From the IMG/VR virus record IMGVR_UViG_3300014205_000170, positions 256,001 through 320,000 of that record: a stretch of DNA of 64,000 bases. The stretch is one strand, 5' to 3'. The stretch's first letter is position 1, and every line of letters begins with the position of its first letter. The notes under the pieces are model-generated. The model was given only the letters and a program-made list of their open reading frames with translations, had not been told where the DNA came from and searched no databases. The position numbers and the translations under genes were made by a program. Positions 19,886 to 30,002 of the stretch are shown here, in pieces. This DNA is from a virus (lineage: Duplodnaviria; Caudoviricetes).

Positions 19886-21052
19886 TTATTCGTTTATAAC
19901 AGAATTAACTACATCAGAAATATATCGTACATCATCTTGAGACATATCCTGATTATTTGGAATATAACAACCATAATTATCTACAACAGATACATTAGGA
20001 AGTTCTAATACACCATATCTATCAGTATACATTGGTTGTTTGCCCATTGAACCGGCTATTAATGGTCTTACTTCAACGTTTGCCTTAATAAGAGCCTCTA
20101 CTATCTGGTCTCTTTTTGGATGAATAATTGGGTAACAGAAATTACAAATAAAAGCTTTGTCACTAGGATTTGGTTTCCAATAATTGTTTTTTATAAGTGA
20201 GTTGAATAATAAATAATTTTCATTCCTTACTTTCACCATAGGTTCAAATTTATCTAATTGACCCAACCCCAAAAATGCCTGTAAATCAGTAGCTCTAAAA
20301 TTAAAGCCAGGATGATAAAAAGTATAAAGAGCATTAAAATCATTTACTCCGTAAGCTTGACGATAAGTTTTTTGTTTATCTGCTGTTAAATCTCTGTCCC
20401 AGCCATGATTACGAATCATTCGTAGAATATCATTCATATATTCATCATTAGTAGTAATAACACCACCTTCAATCGTACTTAAATGATGACCATAATACAA
20501 CGAGAAACTAGACATTAAACCAAAATTTCCCAATTTAATATTATCAAATTCAGAACCTAAAGATTCACAATTATCTTCCAATAAAATAACACCATTTTCT
20601 TTACATAATTGAACAATTTTATCCATCTCTGGCGAAAACCCTAGAACTGATACTAACAACAACGCAGAGGGCTTATGTTCCTCTATGAGTACTTTTAAAT
20701 GTTCTAAGTCAACTGCTAAATCATTTAAATTACAATCTACTAAAATTGGTTCTAATCCTAATTGAATTACCGGAGCTAAATCTGTTGCCCAAGAAAGAGC
20801 TGGTACTAAGATTTTTTTGTTTTTAAGCTTCTGAGTCATCAACAGTGCATATAACATCATTAAATTAGCAGATGAGCCTGAATTAACGTATACGGCATAT
20901 TTAGAACCAAATAATTTAGCCCACTTATGTTCAAACTCTGTGGTGACGTTTCCTTTTGTAAGGCGAGGGAATGTTTCAAGCCATTCTATTAATTTTTTAA
21001 TATCATTTTTATCGATAGTATCTTTTGCTAAAGGAATAAGTGAATTGCTCAT
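19886..21052 (-). CDS. colD: PLP-dependent GDP-4-keto-6-deoxy-D-mannose 3-dehydratase-like (DegT/DnrJ family)
   Basis: VNSGSSANL, LLEDNCESLG, FSLYYGHHLSTIEGG (His in place of the Schiff-base Lys), RNHGW without the Fe-S cysteines of RfbH/E1; 388 aa. Confidence 0.75.
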   Translation of the reverse strand: MSNSLIPLAKDTIDKNDIKKLIEWLETFPRLTKGNVTTEFEHKWAKLFGSKYAVYVNSGSSANLMMLYALLMTQKLKNKKILVPALSWATDLAPVIQLGLEPILVDCNLNDLAVDLEHLKVLIEEHKPSALLLVSVLGFSPEMDKIVQLCKENGVILLEDNCESLGSEFDNIKLGNFGLMSSFSLYYGHHLSTIEGGVITTNDEYMNDILRMIRNHGWDRDLTADKQKTYRQAYGVNDFNALYTFYHPGFNFRATDLQAFLGLGQLDKFEPMVKVRNENYLLFNSLIKNNYWKPNPSDKAFICNFCYPIIHPKRDQIVEALIKANVEVRPLIAGSMGKQPMYTDRYGVLELPNVSVVDNYGCYIPNNQDMSQDDVRYISDVVNSVINE

Positions 21053-21122
21053 TTGAATTAATTGTTTTCAACTAATTTAAAATGGAAATAAAATAAAGTA
21101 AAGAGAGGAAAAGTTAAAGAAA

Positions 21123-21683
21123 TTATTTTTCAAATAAAACATTCCTTGTTAAAGGTTCTCTTTTTGTCATTCTAATTAAAAGAGAAAAGTCTTCTAAAAC
21201 TTTAAAATAATACACAACAACTTCTCCGCTAGTTGAATATTCTGTAAATTCAGCCAAATTACGAAACGTATGTTCTCCTGTTGTATATGTTGAACCATTA
21301 GAATATAAACCAGAAGGCAACGAACACACTCCAATATTATGCTGTGTACTAATATATTGAATTAACTCTTCATATAAATCCATTATATCAGCTAATTTAT
21401 CTAAACCATAAGTCATGCCAACTTGACCAATATCATGCATTTTCGTATTAAGTAAATTAGAACATAACTGTAATTTTTTTGTGAAATAATCTCTACGATA
21501 ATAAACAAATAACTGAAATTCGTCATTTTGACGAAAAACATGATTTGTTTGACCATCTATAAAACTTAAAATATGCTCATTATTGATTTTGTGGTTTTTA
21601 GCATACCATTCTATAAAAGTTTCTCCATATTTTGGATATTGTTCTTTTACAAAAGATTCATATGAAGGATGAGGTTTACGCAT
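21123..21683 (-). CDS. Hypothetical protein with C-terminal TRNVLFEK tag
   Basis: 186 aa ORF between colD and fcl; ends LTRNVLFEK*. Confidence 0.65.
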   Translation of the reverse strand: MRKPHPSYESFVKEQYPKYGETFIEWYAKNHKINNEHILSFIDGQTNHVFRQNDEFQLFVYYRRDYFTKKLQLCSNLLNTKMHDIGQVGMTYGLDKLADIMDLYEELIQYISTQHNIGVCSLPSGLYSNGSTYTTGEHTFRNLAEFTEYSTSGEVVVYYFKVLEDFSLLIRMTKREPLTRNVLFEK

Positions 21684-21685
21684 TG

Positions 21686-22609
21686 TTAAAATTTATTTAA
21701 TTCTATTGCTCTTTGATAAGAAATTCTAATTCCTTCCTCAAGGCCAGTAAAAACAAAATCTGGCATTATAGACATCATTTTGGCATTAGATACATCTTTT
21801 CTAAATTGACCATCAGGTTTCGTTGTATCAAACTCTATTAACAAATGTTCAGCATCACATGCTTTTAATGCAATTTCAGCTATTTGTTTAATAGTTAAAT
21901 TATCATTACAAGCAATATTGAAATTTTCTGTAATGTTTTCATCAACACATTTTTTAATAACCGTTGCAAAATCTTTCGCATAAAAAAACTGACGCAATGG
22001 AGCTCCAGTACCCATTAAAGTAATTTTATCGCTTCCTTGTTTTTTTGCCTCATGTATCTTTTTAATTAATGCTGAAACAAAATGACTAGATTCAACATCA
22101 TATTTATCATATTCACCATATAAATTTGAAGGAATCAAATAACTATAATTTGTTCCATATTCTTTATTATAAGCATCTATTTGTACAGCTAGGCTTCTTT
22201 TAGCATAACCATAAGAAAAGTTTGTAGGAGTTGGAGGACCGTCATGTAAGTTTGTTTCTAACATTGGATAAACAGAACATTTGTCGGGATAAATACAAGT
22301 ACTTAGAATGCCTATAAATTGTTTAACACCAGACTTGTGAGATTCTCTTAACACCAAAGTGTTCATTAAAATATTTTCATCAAAATACTCAGCAGGATGA
22401 ACAAGATTGCTACTTATACCACCAACACGCGCAGCTAAATGTATAACCACATCTGGTTTTATTCTATAAAACATGTTCTCCACCGCCTCTTGTTTCATAA
22501 GATTACATTGTGTAGAAGAAACATATATGGCATCCGGCATCAGTTCTTTTAAATACTGTCCTACCATGCCACTTCCACCGGTAACTAATATTTTTTTATT
22601 TGTACTCAT
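21686..22609 (-). CDS. fcl: GDP-L-fucose/GDP-L-colitose synthase (epimerase-reductase)
   Basis: VTGGSGMVG, HLAARVGGI, LSTCIYP, YGYAK, PSNLYG, SHFVSALI, GTGAPLRQF, KPDGQ. Confidence 0.9.
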   Translation of the reverse strand: MSTNKKILVTGGSGMVGQYLKELMPDAIYVSSTQCNLMKQEAVENMFYRIKPDVVIHLAARVGGISSNLVHPAEYFDENILMNTLVLRESHKSGVKQFIGILSTCIYPDKCSVYPMLETNLHDGPPTPTNFSYGYAKRSLAVQIDAYNKEYGTNYSYLIPSNLYGEYDKYDVESSHFVSALIKKIHEAKKQGSDKITLMGTGAPLRQFFYAKDFATVIKKCVDENITENFNIACNDNLTIKQIAEIALKACDAEHLLIEFDTTKPDGQFRKDVSNAKMMSIMPDFVFTGLEEGIRISYQRAIELNKF

Positions 22610-22892
22610 ATTTTTTTTCTATCAATATTGTTCTTGTTATAGGAAATGGTATTCTAAATCTAATGTTTCTATCATTAAGAACAATACCATCATCATCGAT
22701 ACTCTCTAATTTTAAAGAAGTTTCATAATAATAATTCATACTTTTAATATACCCCATCATCTTGTCCAATATAAAAGTATCCATTTTTTCAAGCAAAAAA
22801 TTATCTCTAAGCTGAATCAACGCCTCTTCAATAGAAACAGCAATTTTAGGTATGTGATAAGAAGGCAATATTATATTACAAGGTATTCCCAT
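22596..22892 (-). CDS. Hypothetical protein with TRTILIEK tag
   Basis: 98 aa ORF between GT11 and fcl. Confidence 0.6.
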   Translation of the reverse strand: MGIPCNIILPSYHIPKIAVSIEEALIQLRDNFLLEKMDTFILDKMMGYIKSMNYYYETSLKLESIDDDGIVLNDRNIRFRIPFPITRTILIEKKYEYK

Positions 22893-22893
22893 A

Positions 22894-23727
22894 TTACAAC
22901 GAAATCCAATCAGATGGATATAAATCTTTTAAATCATATTGAGAATATGCAGGTCCAAACCATTTTTTCGGAGCAATAACCTTTTTATTTTCATTCGTAT
23001 TCAACCACGCTGCCCACCAACTAAAAGTAGAATTACATATAATGTTATTTTTACACAATGTCATTAACAATAAATCTTCATAATCTAAATTACCTTCTAT
23101 AAAAACAAATTTATCCGGTAAATTTGGTAAGTTTTGTTTACACCAAGTAATATCATCCGAAAACACTACAAATACAGAATCTTCCGGCATTTGTTTTGTT
23201 GCTTTCATAATATAATTTAAAGAAATAACAGGATGATGGTTTGGAGAATTTAAATAATCTCCCCTTCTTACATGAATTGAACAGGTGTTTTTATCAAGTA
23301 CATTTTTATACTTTTCTTTTATCGCAATTTGTTGTTCTTCTGGAAAAGAAAACAAATTTATAATTTCATTTCTATAATCTTTAAAATATAAATCAGATTG
23401 AAAATGTCCATTTAAATACAAGTTGCCTTCTGATTTTGGTATTTCATTAAAATGAAAAAAAGGCTCTGTATAAGTTTCAGAATTCTTTAAATGATTTTCT
23501 GTAAACTTCACATTTGTTAAAATATTGTTTTTATATACATTTAAATGTTTGTGAACTACAATAGAATCATTAACCGTTAACACAAGTTCTTTATTGTATT
23601 TTAAAGAATATGCATAAGCACAAGCTATTTCAAATAAATAATTTCCTAATCCTCCTTTTAAATGTATAGATACTTCACCTCTCATATTATGCCATTGCAA
23701 TTTGATATCTTTTATTGTTTGTAACAT
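22894..23727 (-). CDS. GT11 alpha-1,2-fucosyl/colitosyltransferase
   Basis: GGLGNYLF, GHFQS, SIHVRRGDY, VFSDDITWC, NSTFSWWAAWL; true start may be MRGEV. Confidence 0.9.
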   Translation of the reverse strand: MLQTIKDIKLQWHNMRGEVSIHLKGGLGNYLFEIACAYAYSLKYNKELVLTVNDSIVVHKHLNVYKNNILTNVKFTENHLKNSETYTEPFFHFNEIPKSEGNLYLNGHFQSDLYFKDYRNEIINLFSFPEEQQIAIKEKYKNVLDKNTCSIHVRRGDYLNSPNHHPVISLNYIMKATKQMPEDSVFVVFSDDITWCKQNLPNLPDKFVFIEGNLDYEDLLLMTLCKNNIICNSTFSWWAAWLNTNENKKVIAPKKWFGPAYSQYDLKDLYPSDWISL

Positions 23728-24562
23728 ACATTTTTTTCAAATTAGCTAACATATTAATAAAATATTTCATATGTTTTGCAGCATGTATGACTTCTTTTTT
23801 GGGCTCTCCACGAGTAGGTTCTAAAGTAAAATAACCTTTATATTTATACACAAACATTAGATTAAAAATAACTTCATTAAAATCAACTTCACCTTCTCCT
23901 AATTCCAATACTTTACCTTTAACACCTTTATCTTTTAATCTAACATTAACAATATGCTTATGAAGTTTTGTCAAAAAAGATTTATGACTATTTTTGCCTT
24001 TAAAAGTGGTAATAATATTGGTATTGTAAGTGATTTTAAAATTTTTAAATCCTTTTATAACTTCTAAAATTTCTTCCGGAGAACATTCAAATTCAAATAA
24101 AAAAATTATATTTTTATATTTTTTACCGTACTCTCTAATGTTTTTAATAAATTCTTTTCTAATTTCAGGATTTTGTATGTTAGATAATTCTTTCAATGGA
24201 ATGTTAACATGAGTAATATCATTTTTTTTCGCTGCTTCCAAAATAGGCTTTAAATTTTTCTCCATAAAATCTTTTTTATAAAAAGATTTATCTATCATAT
24301 TATAGGCACTAATTGAAAAAATAGGATATTTTTTAAGTGAATTTTTAAACAAAGGATTATTCTTAAAATTATTTTTTGTTACCACCCATTCAATGTGAGA
24401 AATTTGATTGATTTTATAGGAAGAATCAAAAAGAGTAATATTTTCAAGTTTTTTTATTTTGTCAAATTCTTCTTTCCAAGACTTTCCAATAAAAAATTCA
24501 TCTTGATTTCCTGATTCTGGTGGAGTTAATCTCCCTTGTATTATTCCGAGTTTTATGTTCAT
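23687..24562 (-). CDS. Xylose-isomerase-like TIM barrel (hexulose-phosphate epimerase family), degenerate
   Basis: KLGIIQGRL, HIEW, LGEGEVDF, FTLE; the usual D-x-G-N and H-x-K-D ligand motifs read YNTNI and VRLKD. Confidence 0.65.
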   Translation of the reverse strand: MNIKLGIIQGRLTPPESGNQDEFFIGKSWKEEFDKIKKLENITLFDSSYKINQISHIEWVVTKNNFKNNPLFKNSLKKYPIFSISAYNMIDKSFYKKDFMEKNLKPILEAAKKNDITHVNIPLKELSNIQNPEIRKEFIKNIREYGKKYKNIIFLFEFECSPEEILEVIKGFKNFKITYNTNIITTFKGKNSHKSFLTKLHKHIVNVRLKDKGVKGKVLELGEGEVDFNEVIFNLMFVYKYKGYFTLEPTRGEPKKEVIHAAKHMKYFINMLANLKKMYVTNNKRYQIAMA

Positions 24563-24613
24563 AATTCAAATATAATTACCTTTGGGGCAAAACGCAAAGT
24601 AATTGATGTTTTT

Positions 24614-25522
24614 TTAGTTGATTTTTTGCAGATTATTATAATATTCTGTAAGTCCATCAAATAAGTTCAAACACTTGTATTGTGGCATTAATTTTTTAAA
24701 AGATTCAATGTCCAGGTCTTTTCGCATTTGACCATTTGGTTTACTTTTATCATAAACAATATTTAAATCTTCTGAATTTGTTACTTTTAAAGCTATTTTT
24801 GCTATTTCCTCAATAGTTAACACCTCATCAGCAGCCACATTAAAAGACTCTGTTATATCACAATCTAGCATGGTTTTTATAACGCCAGCCAAGTCTTTTG
24901 CATACATTAATTGTCTGATAGGAGTACCATCTCCAAAAAGAGTAATTTTAGAATCATTATTCAGTTTTGCTTGTTGAATTTTAGTTATTAAAGCTGTAAT
25001 AAAATGGCTCTTATTTTCATTAACCTTTTCATTTAAACCATATAAATTGCAAGGAGTAATATAATTATATTGAGTTCCAAACTCTTTATTATAGTTTTCT
25101 ATTTGAACTGCCATTACTCTTTTTGATAATCCATACGAAAATGTATTTATGTCCGGTGGACCAATATGCATTTCCGCTTCTTTCATTGGATATACAGGAC
25201 AAACATCAGGAAATGCACAACAACTTAATATCGCTGTAAAACGCTTCACATCATACTTATATGCATACTTTAACATCAAAGTATTCATTAAAATATTATC
25301 ATCTAGATAACCTGAAGGATGTTCAATATTATCAATTATACCACCTACTTTGGCAGCTAAATGAATTACAACCTCTGGTTTATATGATTCAAATACTTGC
25401 TCTACGTCATGCTGATTGGTTAAATCAAAATCACGAGAAGTAATATAAATGGCATCTGGCAATATATTTTTTAGATAATTGCCAACTAAACCATTTCCTC
25501 CAGTAACTAAGATTTTACTCAT
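24614..25522 (-). CDS. fcl: Second GDP-L-fucose/colitose synthase paralogue
   Basis: VTGGNGLVG, HLAAKVGGI, LSCCAFP, YGLSK, PCNLYG, SHFITALI, GDGTPIRQ. Confidence 0.85.
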   Translation of the reverse strand: MSKILVTGGNGLVGNYLKNILPDAIYITSRDFDLTNQHDVEQVFESYKPEVVIHLAAKVGGIIDNIEHPSGYLDDNILMNTLMLKYAYKYDVKRFTAILSCCAFPDVCPVYPMKEAEMHIGPPDINTFSYGLSKRVMAVQIENYNKEFGTQYNYITPCNLYGLNEKVNENKSHFITALITKIQQAKLNNDSKITLFGDGTPIRQLMYAKDLAGVIKTMLDCDITESFNVAADEVLTIEEIAKIALKVTNSEDLNIVYDKSKPNGQMRKDLDIESFKKLMPQYKCLNLFDGLTEYYNNLQKIN

Positions 25523-26793
25523 TAAAATATTTTAAAATAATCAAATTCTTTTTCGTTTTCGAAAAAATCTAGCACTTGTTTAATGCATTGGTCTGTATTA
25601 AAATATTGCCATTGTCCCCATCTTCCTAAGCCAAACAAATTATAATCTTTAGAAAACTTTAATATGTTTTTCATAGATTCTTTATAAACTTTAGTTGGTA
25701 AAGGATATGAATAAATATTTTCATGCTCATATAGAGGAGTACCTGCTTTCCACTTTTTACCATTTGCTAACCATCTCTTTCTATTAATATCCGTCATTAC
25801 GCCTCCGGGTTTACTATATGGTGCAAAATTGCAGATATAGAACTCTCTATGTTGTTCAACATCCGGACTTGGTATATACATCCAATGTGCTTTATGTGTA
25901 TATGGTTCGCGTTCCCATAAAGAAATTACATCACTTAAATATTGTAAATTGGCAAATTCTTTTTTGAAATCAAAACCTTCAATCTGAATATCGAACTTTG
26001 TCCAAGGTGCAGTATTGATGATTTTTTTCGTTACATATTTTTCATTGATAGTCCATAATTTTTCTTCCGGAATATATCTAAGTGTTTTCACATCAACATT
26101 TAATTCAATAGCAGATTCCATTGGTTTTTTAATAGCATCAAATACCGCTTGAAAACCACCGTATTTAGGATAATAAAAAGATTTGTGACTTACGACCTGT
26201 TCGGTAAAGTTTGGATTTTTTTCTATGATTGACCTTAACACTAATTTCATATCTGTTTCAGGTATCTTAACTAACCAATCGGTATTAAGTTCAGAAATAT
26301 CCATACACCATAACTTTTGATTGTATGGAATCATATAATTATCAGCTATCTTATCTCCTAAATAATTTCTAATCCAAGATTCAAAATTTTCATACTTAAT
26401 ATCTTTACTAGCAGCGTTAATATATGAATATAAATAATCAACCTGCATATCCGTTGGTAATTGCCAAAGATTTAATTCAATTGGAAATTGTATTGGATGA
26501 CCTTCTAAATCAATTAATACTTTCGTATCAAATTTATTAAAATCATCTTTTGGAATATGGTCAAAAATCCAATCTAAAACTTCTGGAAATTTGGAATGTA
26601 AAACATGCCCACCACCAATATCTAAATAATGACCATCAACAACTTTGGTTCTACATAATCCTCCACTTTCATTTTCACTTTCCAATAACAGAAAATTATT
26701 TTGACCTTTTTGTTGCAATCTTCTTGCTGCAGCAACACCTGTAATTCCTCCGCCTATGATTATATAATCATAGATTTTTTGTGATTCTTCCAT
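25522..26793 (-). CDS. FAD-dependent oxidoreductase, UDP-galactopyranose mutase/HemY-like
   Basis: IIGGGITG, ESGGLCRT, DIGGGH, PYNQKLW, FYYPKYGGF, GRWGQWQYFNTD. Confidence 0.8.
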   Translation of the reverse strand: MEESQKIYDYIIIGGGITGVAAARRLQQKGQNNFLLLESENESGGLCRTKVVDGHYLDIGGGHVLHSKFPEVLDWIFDHIPKDDFNKFDTKVLIDLEGHPIQFPIELNLWQLPTDMQVDYLYSYINAASKDIKYENFESWIRNYLGDKIADNYMIPYNQKLWCMDISELNTDWLVKIPETDMKLVLRSIIEKNPNFTEQVVSHKSFYYPKYGGFQAVFDAIKKPMESAIELNVDVKTLRYIPEEKLWTINEKYVTKKIINTAPWTKFDIQIEGFDFKKEFANLQYLSDVISLWEREPYTHKAHWMYIPSPDVEQHREFYICNFAPYSKPGGVMTDINRKRWLANGKKWKAGTPLYEHENIYSYPLPTKVYKESMKNILKFSKDYNLFGLGRWGQWQYFNTDQCIKQVLDFFENEKEFDYFKIF

Positions 26794-27625
26794 AAAATTG
26801 TTCTATTGTTGGTATTTCGTTTATATATTCTATTTTAACTTTTGAAAAATTAATACACTCATCATAAAAAGATGGGTCTCCGCCATGTTTCGCCATCAAT
26901 TGAGTATTATCAATTAATGTCATGTCTATATTTGAATTGCCAAATATTAAACAAGGATATACTCCTCCAGTCATGGTACTGGCAACATGTTTACAATTTT
27001 CATGTTGCACAATCGTGCACCAATCTTGATAATTAGCTATGTATTGTACATTTTTTCCATTAGCCCAAGTATTTGTTTCTTTTCCAAAAACAAAAACTGT
27101 TTTTTTGTTTTCTGTTAATTTATTAATTAATTCTGTCCAAAACCCATCAGACATATTTTTTTCAGACCATGCTGCCCTTTTTCTTATCACTAATGCGACA
27201 AAAGGTTGTGATAAATCGTAACCGTCTAAAGAACTACAAGAAACATTTTTTATTAGTTCTTTATCTCTTTCCCAATTTTTATAAAATGGTTTATAAGGTA
27301 TTAATCTACTATCAACACTACCAGCGGACAATCTATCAAATAAACTATTTTCCAAAAAGTCTATAATTTGTTCTGGCTGAATACCCAATTGAATAAATTG
27401 CTTATAATCCAATACGTTTTTAAAAATATTAGTATATAAACATTTTCTTTCTTCTGTTGTAACTATACAATCATCCGTTGAAATTGCACCTTCTTGTAAT
27501 AACATTATTAAATACAATCGCGTTATCACTAATTCAGTAGCAATTTCTGTTATAGCCAAAGGATTAGGAACATCATTCGTAGATGTACCATCAAAAATAT
27601 TTTTAGCTACAATTATGTATTTCAT
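26768..27625 (-). CDS. Hypothetical protein, possible glycosyltransferase-like domain
   Basis: Within the glycosylation island; FVALVIRKR..EKNMS..FW..LI segment is reminiscent of GT-B second domains. Confidence 0.45.
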   Translation of the reverse strand: MKYIIVAKNIFDGTSTNDVPNPLAITEIATELVITRLYLIMLLQEGAISTDDCIVTTEERKCLYTNIFKNVLDYKQFIQLGIQPEQIIDFLENSLFDRLSAGSVDSRLIPYKPFYKNWERDKELIKNVSCSSLDGYDLSQPFVALVIRKRAAWSEKNMSDGFWTELINKLTENKKTVFVFGKETNTWANGKNVQYIANYQDWCTIVQHENCKHVASTMTGGVYPCLIFGNSNIDMTLIDNTQLMAKHGGDPSFYDECINFSKVKIEYINEIPTIEQFYGRITKNL

Positions 27626-29202
27626 TTCTTTTTAAAAATTTTATTATTTGTTACAACAAAATCTAACTCTGTATTATCTAAAACATAAAAAGCATCTTCT
27701 AAACTAGTTAAAATAGGAAATCCTCTTACGTTAAATGATGTATTTAAAATAACTGCTGTTTCATTTCTAAGGTTCAATTCTGTCAATATGCCATAAAACA
27801 TTTTATTCTGTTCTTTCGTAGTTGTTTGTAATCTAGAAGAGTTATCAGCATGTACGATTGAACACAAACTATCTTTAAATTCAGATTTCACCAAAGGAGC
27901 ATAACTCATATATTGTGATTCGCATGCATTTTCAAAATACATATCTTTATCTTCTACTCTGCAAACCGGTGCAAAAGGTCTATACCACTCTCTGAATTTT
28001 ACTTTAGCATTTAAAATATCTTTCATTTTTGGGAATGAGGGGTCACAAATGATACTTCTATTTCCTAAAGCTCTTGGACCCACTTCTGAATGGCCATGTA
28101 GAATGCCTATAATTTTTCCTTTTTTCAAGTAATCTACAATTTTATGAAATGAAAATTCTTCACTCTCATATACGGCTTCATATTCACTCAGCTTATCATT
28201 GTCTAAAATTTCTAAGCCATTATAAACAAATTCTCCAAAATTTTCATTAAAAAATTTACTTAAAAACATACCGCATGATTGACCACAATCATTTGGATTT
28301 GGAGGAACAAATAAATTTAAATTTTTTGTTTTTAAAATTTCATATAATTTTTGATTATACAATACATTTAAAGCACACCCACCAACCAAGATTACATTTA
28401 AATGATATTTAAAAACCAAAGGCAATACAAGTTCATTCATTTTTTTCTCAAACACAAATTGTGATGTTGCTGCTAAATCATAACCAACTTTTTCACTTAC
28501 AGAATTGTAACCATAAGGAATATTAATGTTCGAACATAATTTTCTTAAATCTTTATGGTTATAATACTCATCAAAGGCCGCTACCCAATCTTGACGAACT
28601 TCTCCATAAGCACAAAGACCCATTATCTTTCCAGCATAAACAAGAGAATTTTCACAACCTTCACCTTCTGCTCCTGGTTTTATTTCAGAAATTAAAAATG
28701 CAACCGCTGAATAAGGATTGCCATAATCAGGATTGTTACAATGAATTTCTTCTAATTTCTCATTGTCTGTTTTGTAAATTTTAGTAGTAGTAACAACATT
28801 ATTGTCTACGCCACCACCATCAACAGAAAACAAAAGAGATTTTTTAAACCCCGAAGAATATAAACCTGAATATGCATGTGAAAAATGATGGTCCATAGCT
28901 TCAAATTCAGCATTTGGAAAATATTCTTTTAATAAATTAATGTCAGACGTATTTAGTTGTGCGTATAATATATGTTGAATATTTGTATCTATTAAATTTT
29001 GTTTTAATAAATTTAAAAATTGTCTTCTTTCTGTATCGTTAGACCCCATACCACTCCTATCATCAAACATAGATGAGAACATTGCATATCGTTTTTTTGT
29101 AAAACGTTCGTATTCATAAATACGTAATTTACCGGTCTTATCCACAAAGGTAACAGACGCATCATGAGAACCGTATATAGCTATTGTATTATGTGAGGTC
29201 AT
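27622..29202 (-). CDS. Carbamoyltransferase, NodU/CmcH family
   Basis: HDAS, HHFSHA, VDGGG, AGKIMGLCAYG, GGCALNV, EVGPRALGNRS, KFREWYRPFAP, LNTSFN. Confidence 0.9.
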   Translation of the reverse strand: MTSHNTIAIYGSHDASVTFVDKTGKLRIYEYERFTKKRYAMFSSMFDDRSGMGSNDTERRQFLNLLKQNLIDTNIQHILYAQLNTSDINLLKEYFPNAEFEAMDHHFSHAYSGLYSSGFKKSLLFSVDGGGVDNNVVTTTKIYKTDNEKLEEIHCNNPDYGNPYSAVAFLISEIKPGAEGEGCENSLVYAGKIMGLCAYGEVRQDWVAAFDEYYNHKDLRKLCSNINIPYGYNSVSEKVGYDLAATSQFVFEKKMNELVLPLVFKYHLNVILVGGCALNVLYNQKLYEILKTKNLNLFVPPNPNDCGQSCGMFLSKFFNENFGEFVYNGLEILDNDKLSEYEAVYESEEFSFHKIVDYLKKGKIIGILHGHSEVGPRALGNRSIICDPSFPKMKDILNAKVKFREWYRPFAPVCRVEDKDMYFENACESQYMSYAPLVKSEFKDSLCSIVHADNSSRLQTTTKEQNKMFYGILTELNLRNETAVILNTSFNVRGFPILTSLEDAFYVLDNTELDFVVTNNKIFKKK

Positions 29203-30002
29203 TTGGCTAATAATGTATTTATTTTATCTTGTAATCTATCTGCAATAGTTAAGAATTTTTGGCACTTTTCAAAGTTTTCTTCCACAAATTTTAACTTTTC
29301 ATTATAAGTATTTTCAGTTAAGGAATTACACACGTTGATTATATCCTGAAAAGTATCTACCATAAAAAATCCTTCTGTATTAAACCAATTTCCTATGTTA
29401 GGACATCCCCAATAAATTGGAATTGTTTTTGTACGTAAACAATCAATCAATTTTTCTGTAAACCAATTATTTCTCTTTGTATTTTCAATACAAATATGAA
29501 ATTGACTATTAAACAAAGGATGTTTAGTGCTTCCTAATACTGGATTGTTATTAATATTAGAAATGCCACCAAGATTTCCACTTAAATAAAAATTTCTTGG
29601 AATAGATTCGATTCTTTCTTCTTTAAACCATACCTTTTGTCTTAAAGTGTGTCCAGGAGTAATCAATTTACCGCCAACTAAAGCCGATACACTGAATTTC
29701 TTCTTTGGAAAATCATATTCTTTTAACCAAGTCGTTCCAAATTCAAACAAATGTGCAGTTTTACATCTTTTTAAGATATTCTCATCATGGGTCAAAACAT
29801 AATTATATGTTTTATTTTCTTCTCCAAATAATAATCTAGCCTCTAAATTTAAAATTTCTGGCGGCTCTATAAGCAAAACAAAACGAACAGTATCAACAGG
29901 AATAGAATTCATAGGAACAGAATCAACATACACTTCTACTTGTTTATCATGAAACATGTCTACTCCTAAATCCCAAGAACAAAATACTTTAACCTTTTTC
30001 AT
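29199..30002 (-). CDS. GT10-like (alpha-1,3-fucosyltransferase family) glycosyltransferase
   Basis: FHICIEN..NWFTEKLIDCL..TIPIYWGCP. Confidence 0.8.
   Translation of the reverse strand: MKKVKVFCSWDLGVDMFHDKQVEVYVDSVPMNSIPVDTVRFVLLIEPPEILNLEARLLFGEENKTYNYVLTHDENILKRCKTAHLFEFGTTWLKEYDFPKKKFSVSALVGGKLITPGHTLRQKVWFKEERIESIPRNFYLSGNLGGISNINNNPVLGSTKHPLFNSQFHICIENTKRNNWFTEKLIDCLRTKTIPIYWGCPNIGNWFNTEGFFMVDTFQDIINVCNSLTENTYNEKLKFVEENFEKCQKFLTIADRLQDKINTLLAK

Noticed and set aside
21123-21683. Possible resemblance of the N-terminus to a major capsid N-terminal segment
   Set aside because: Too weak to support by eye; needs a profile search.
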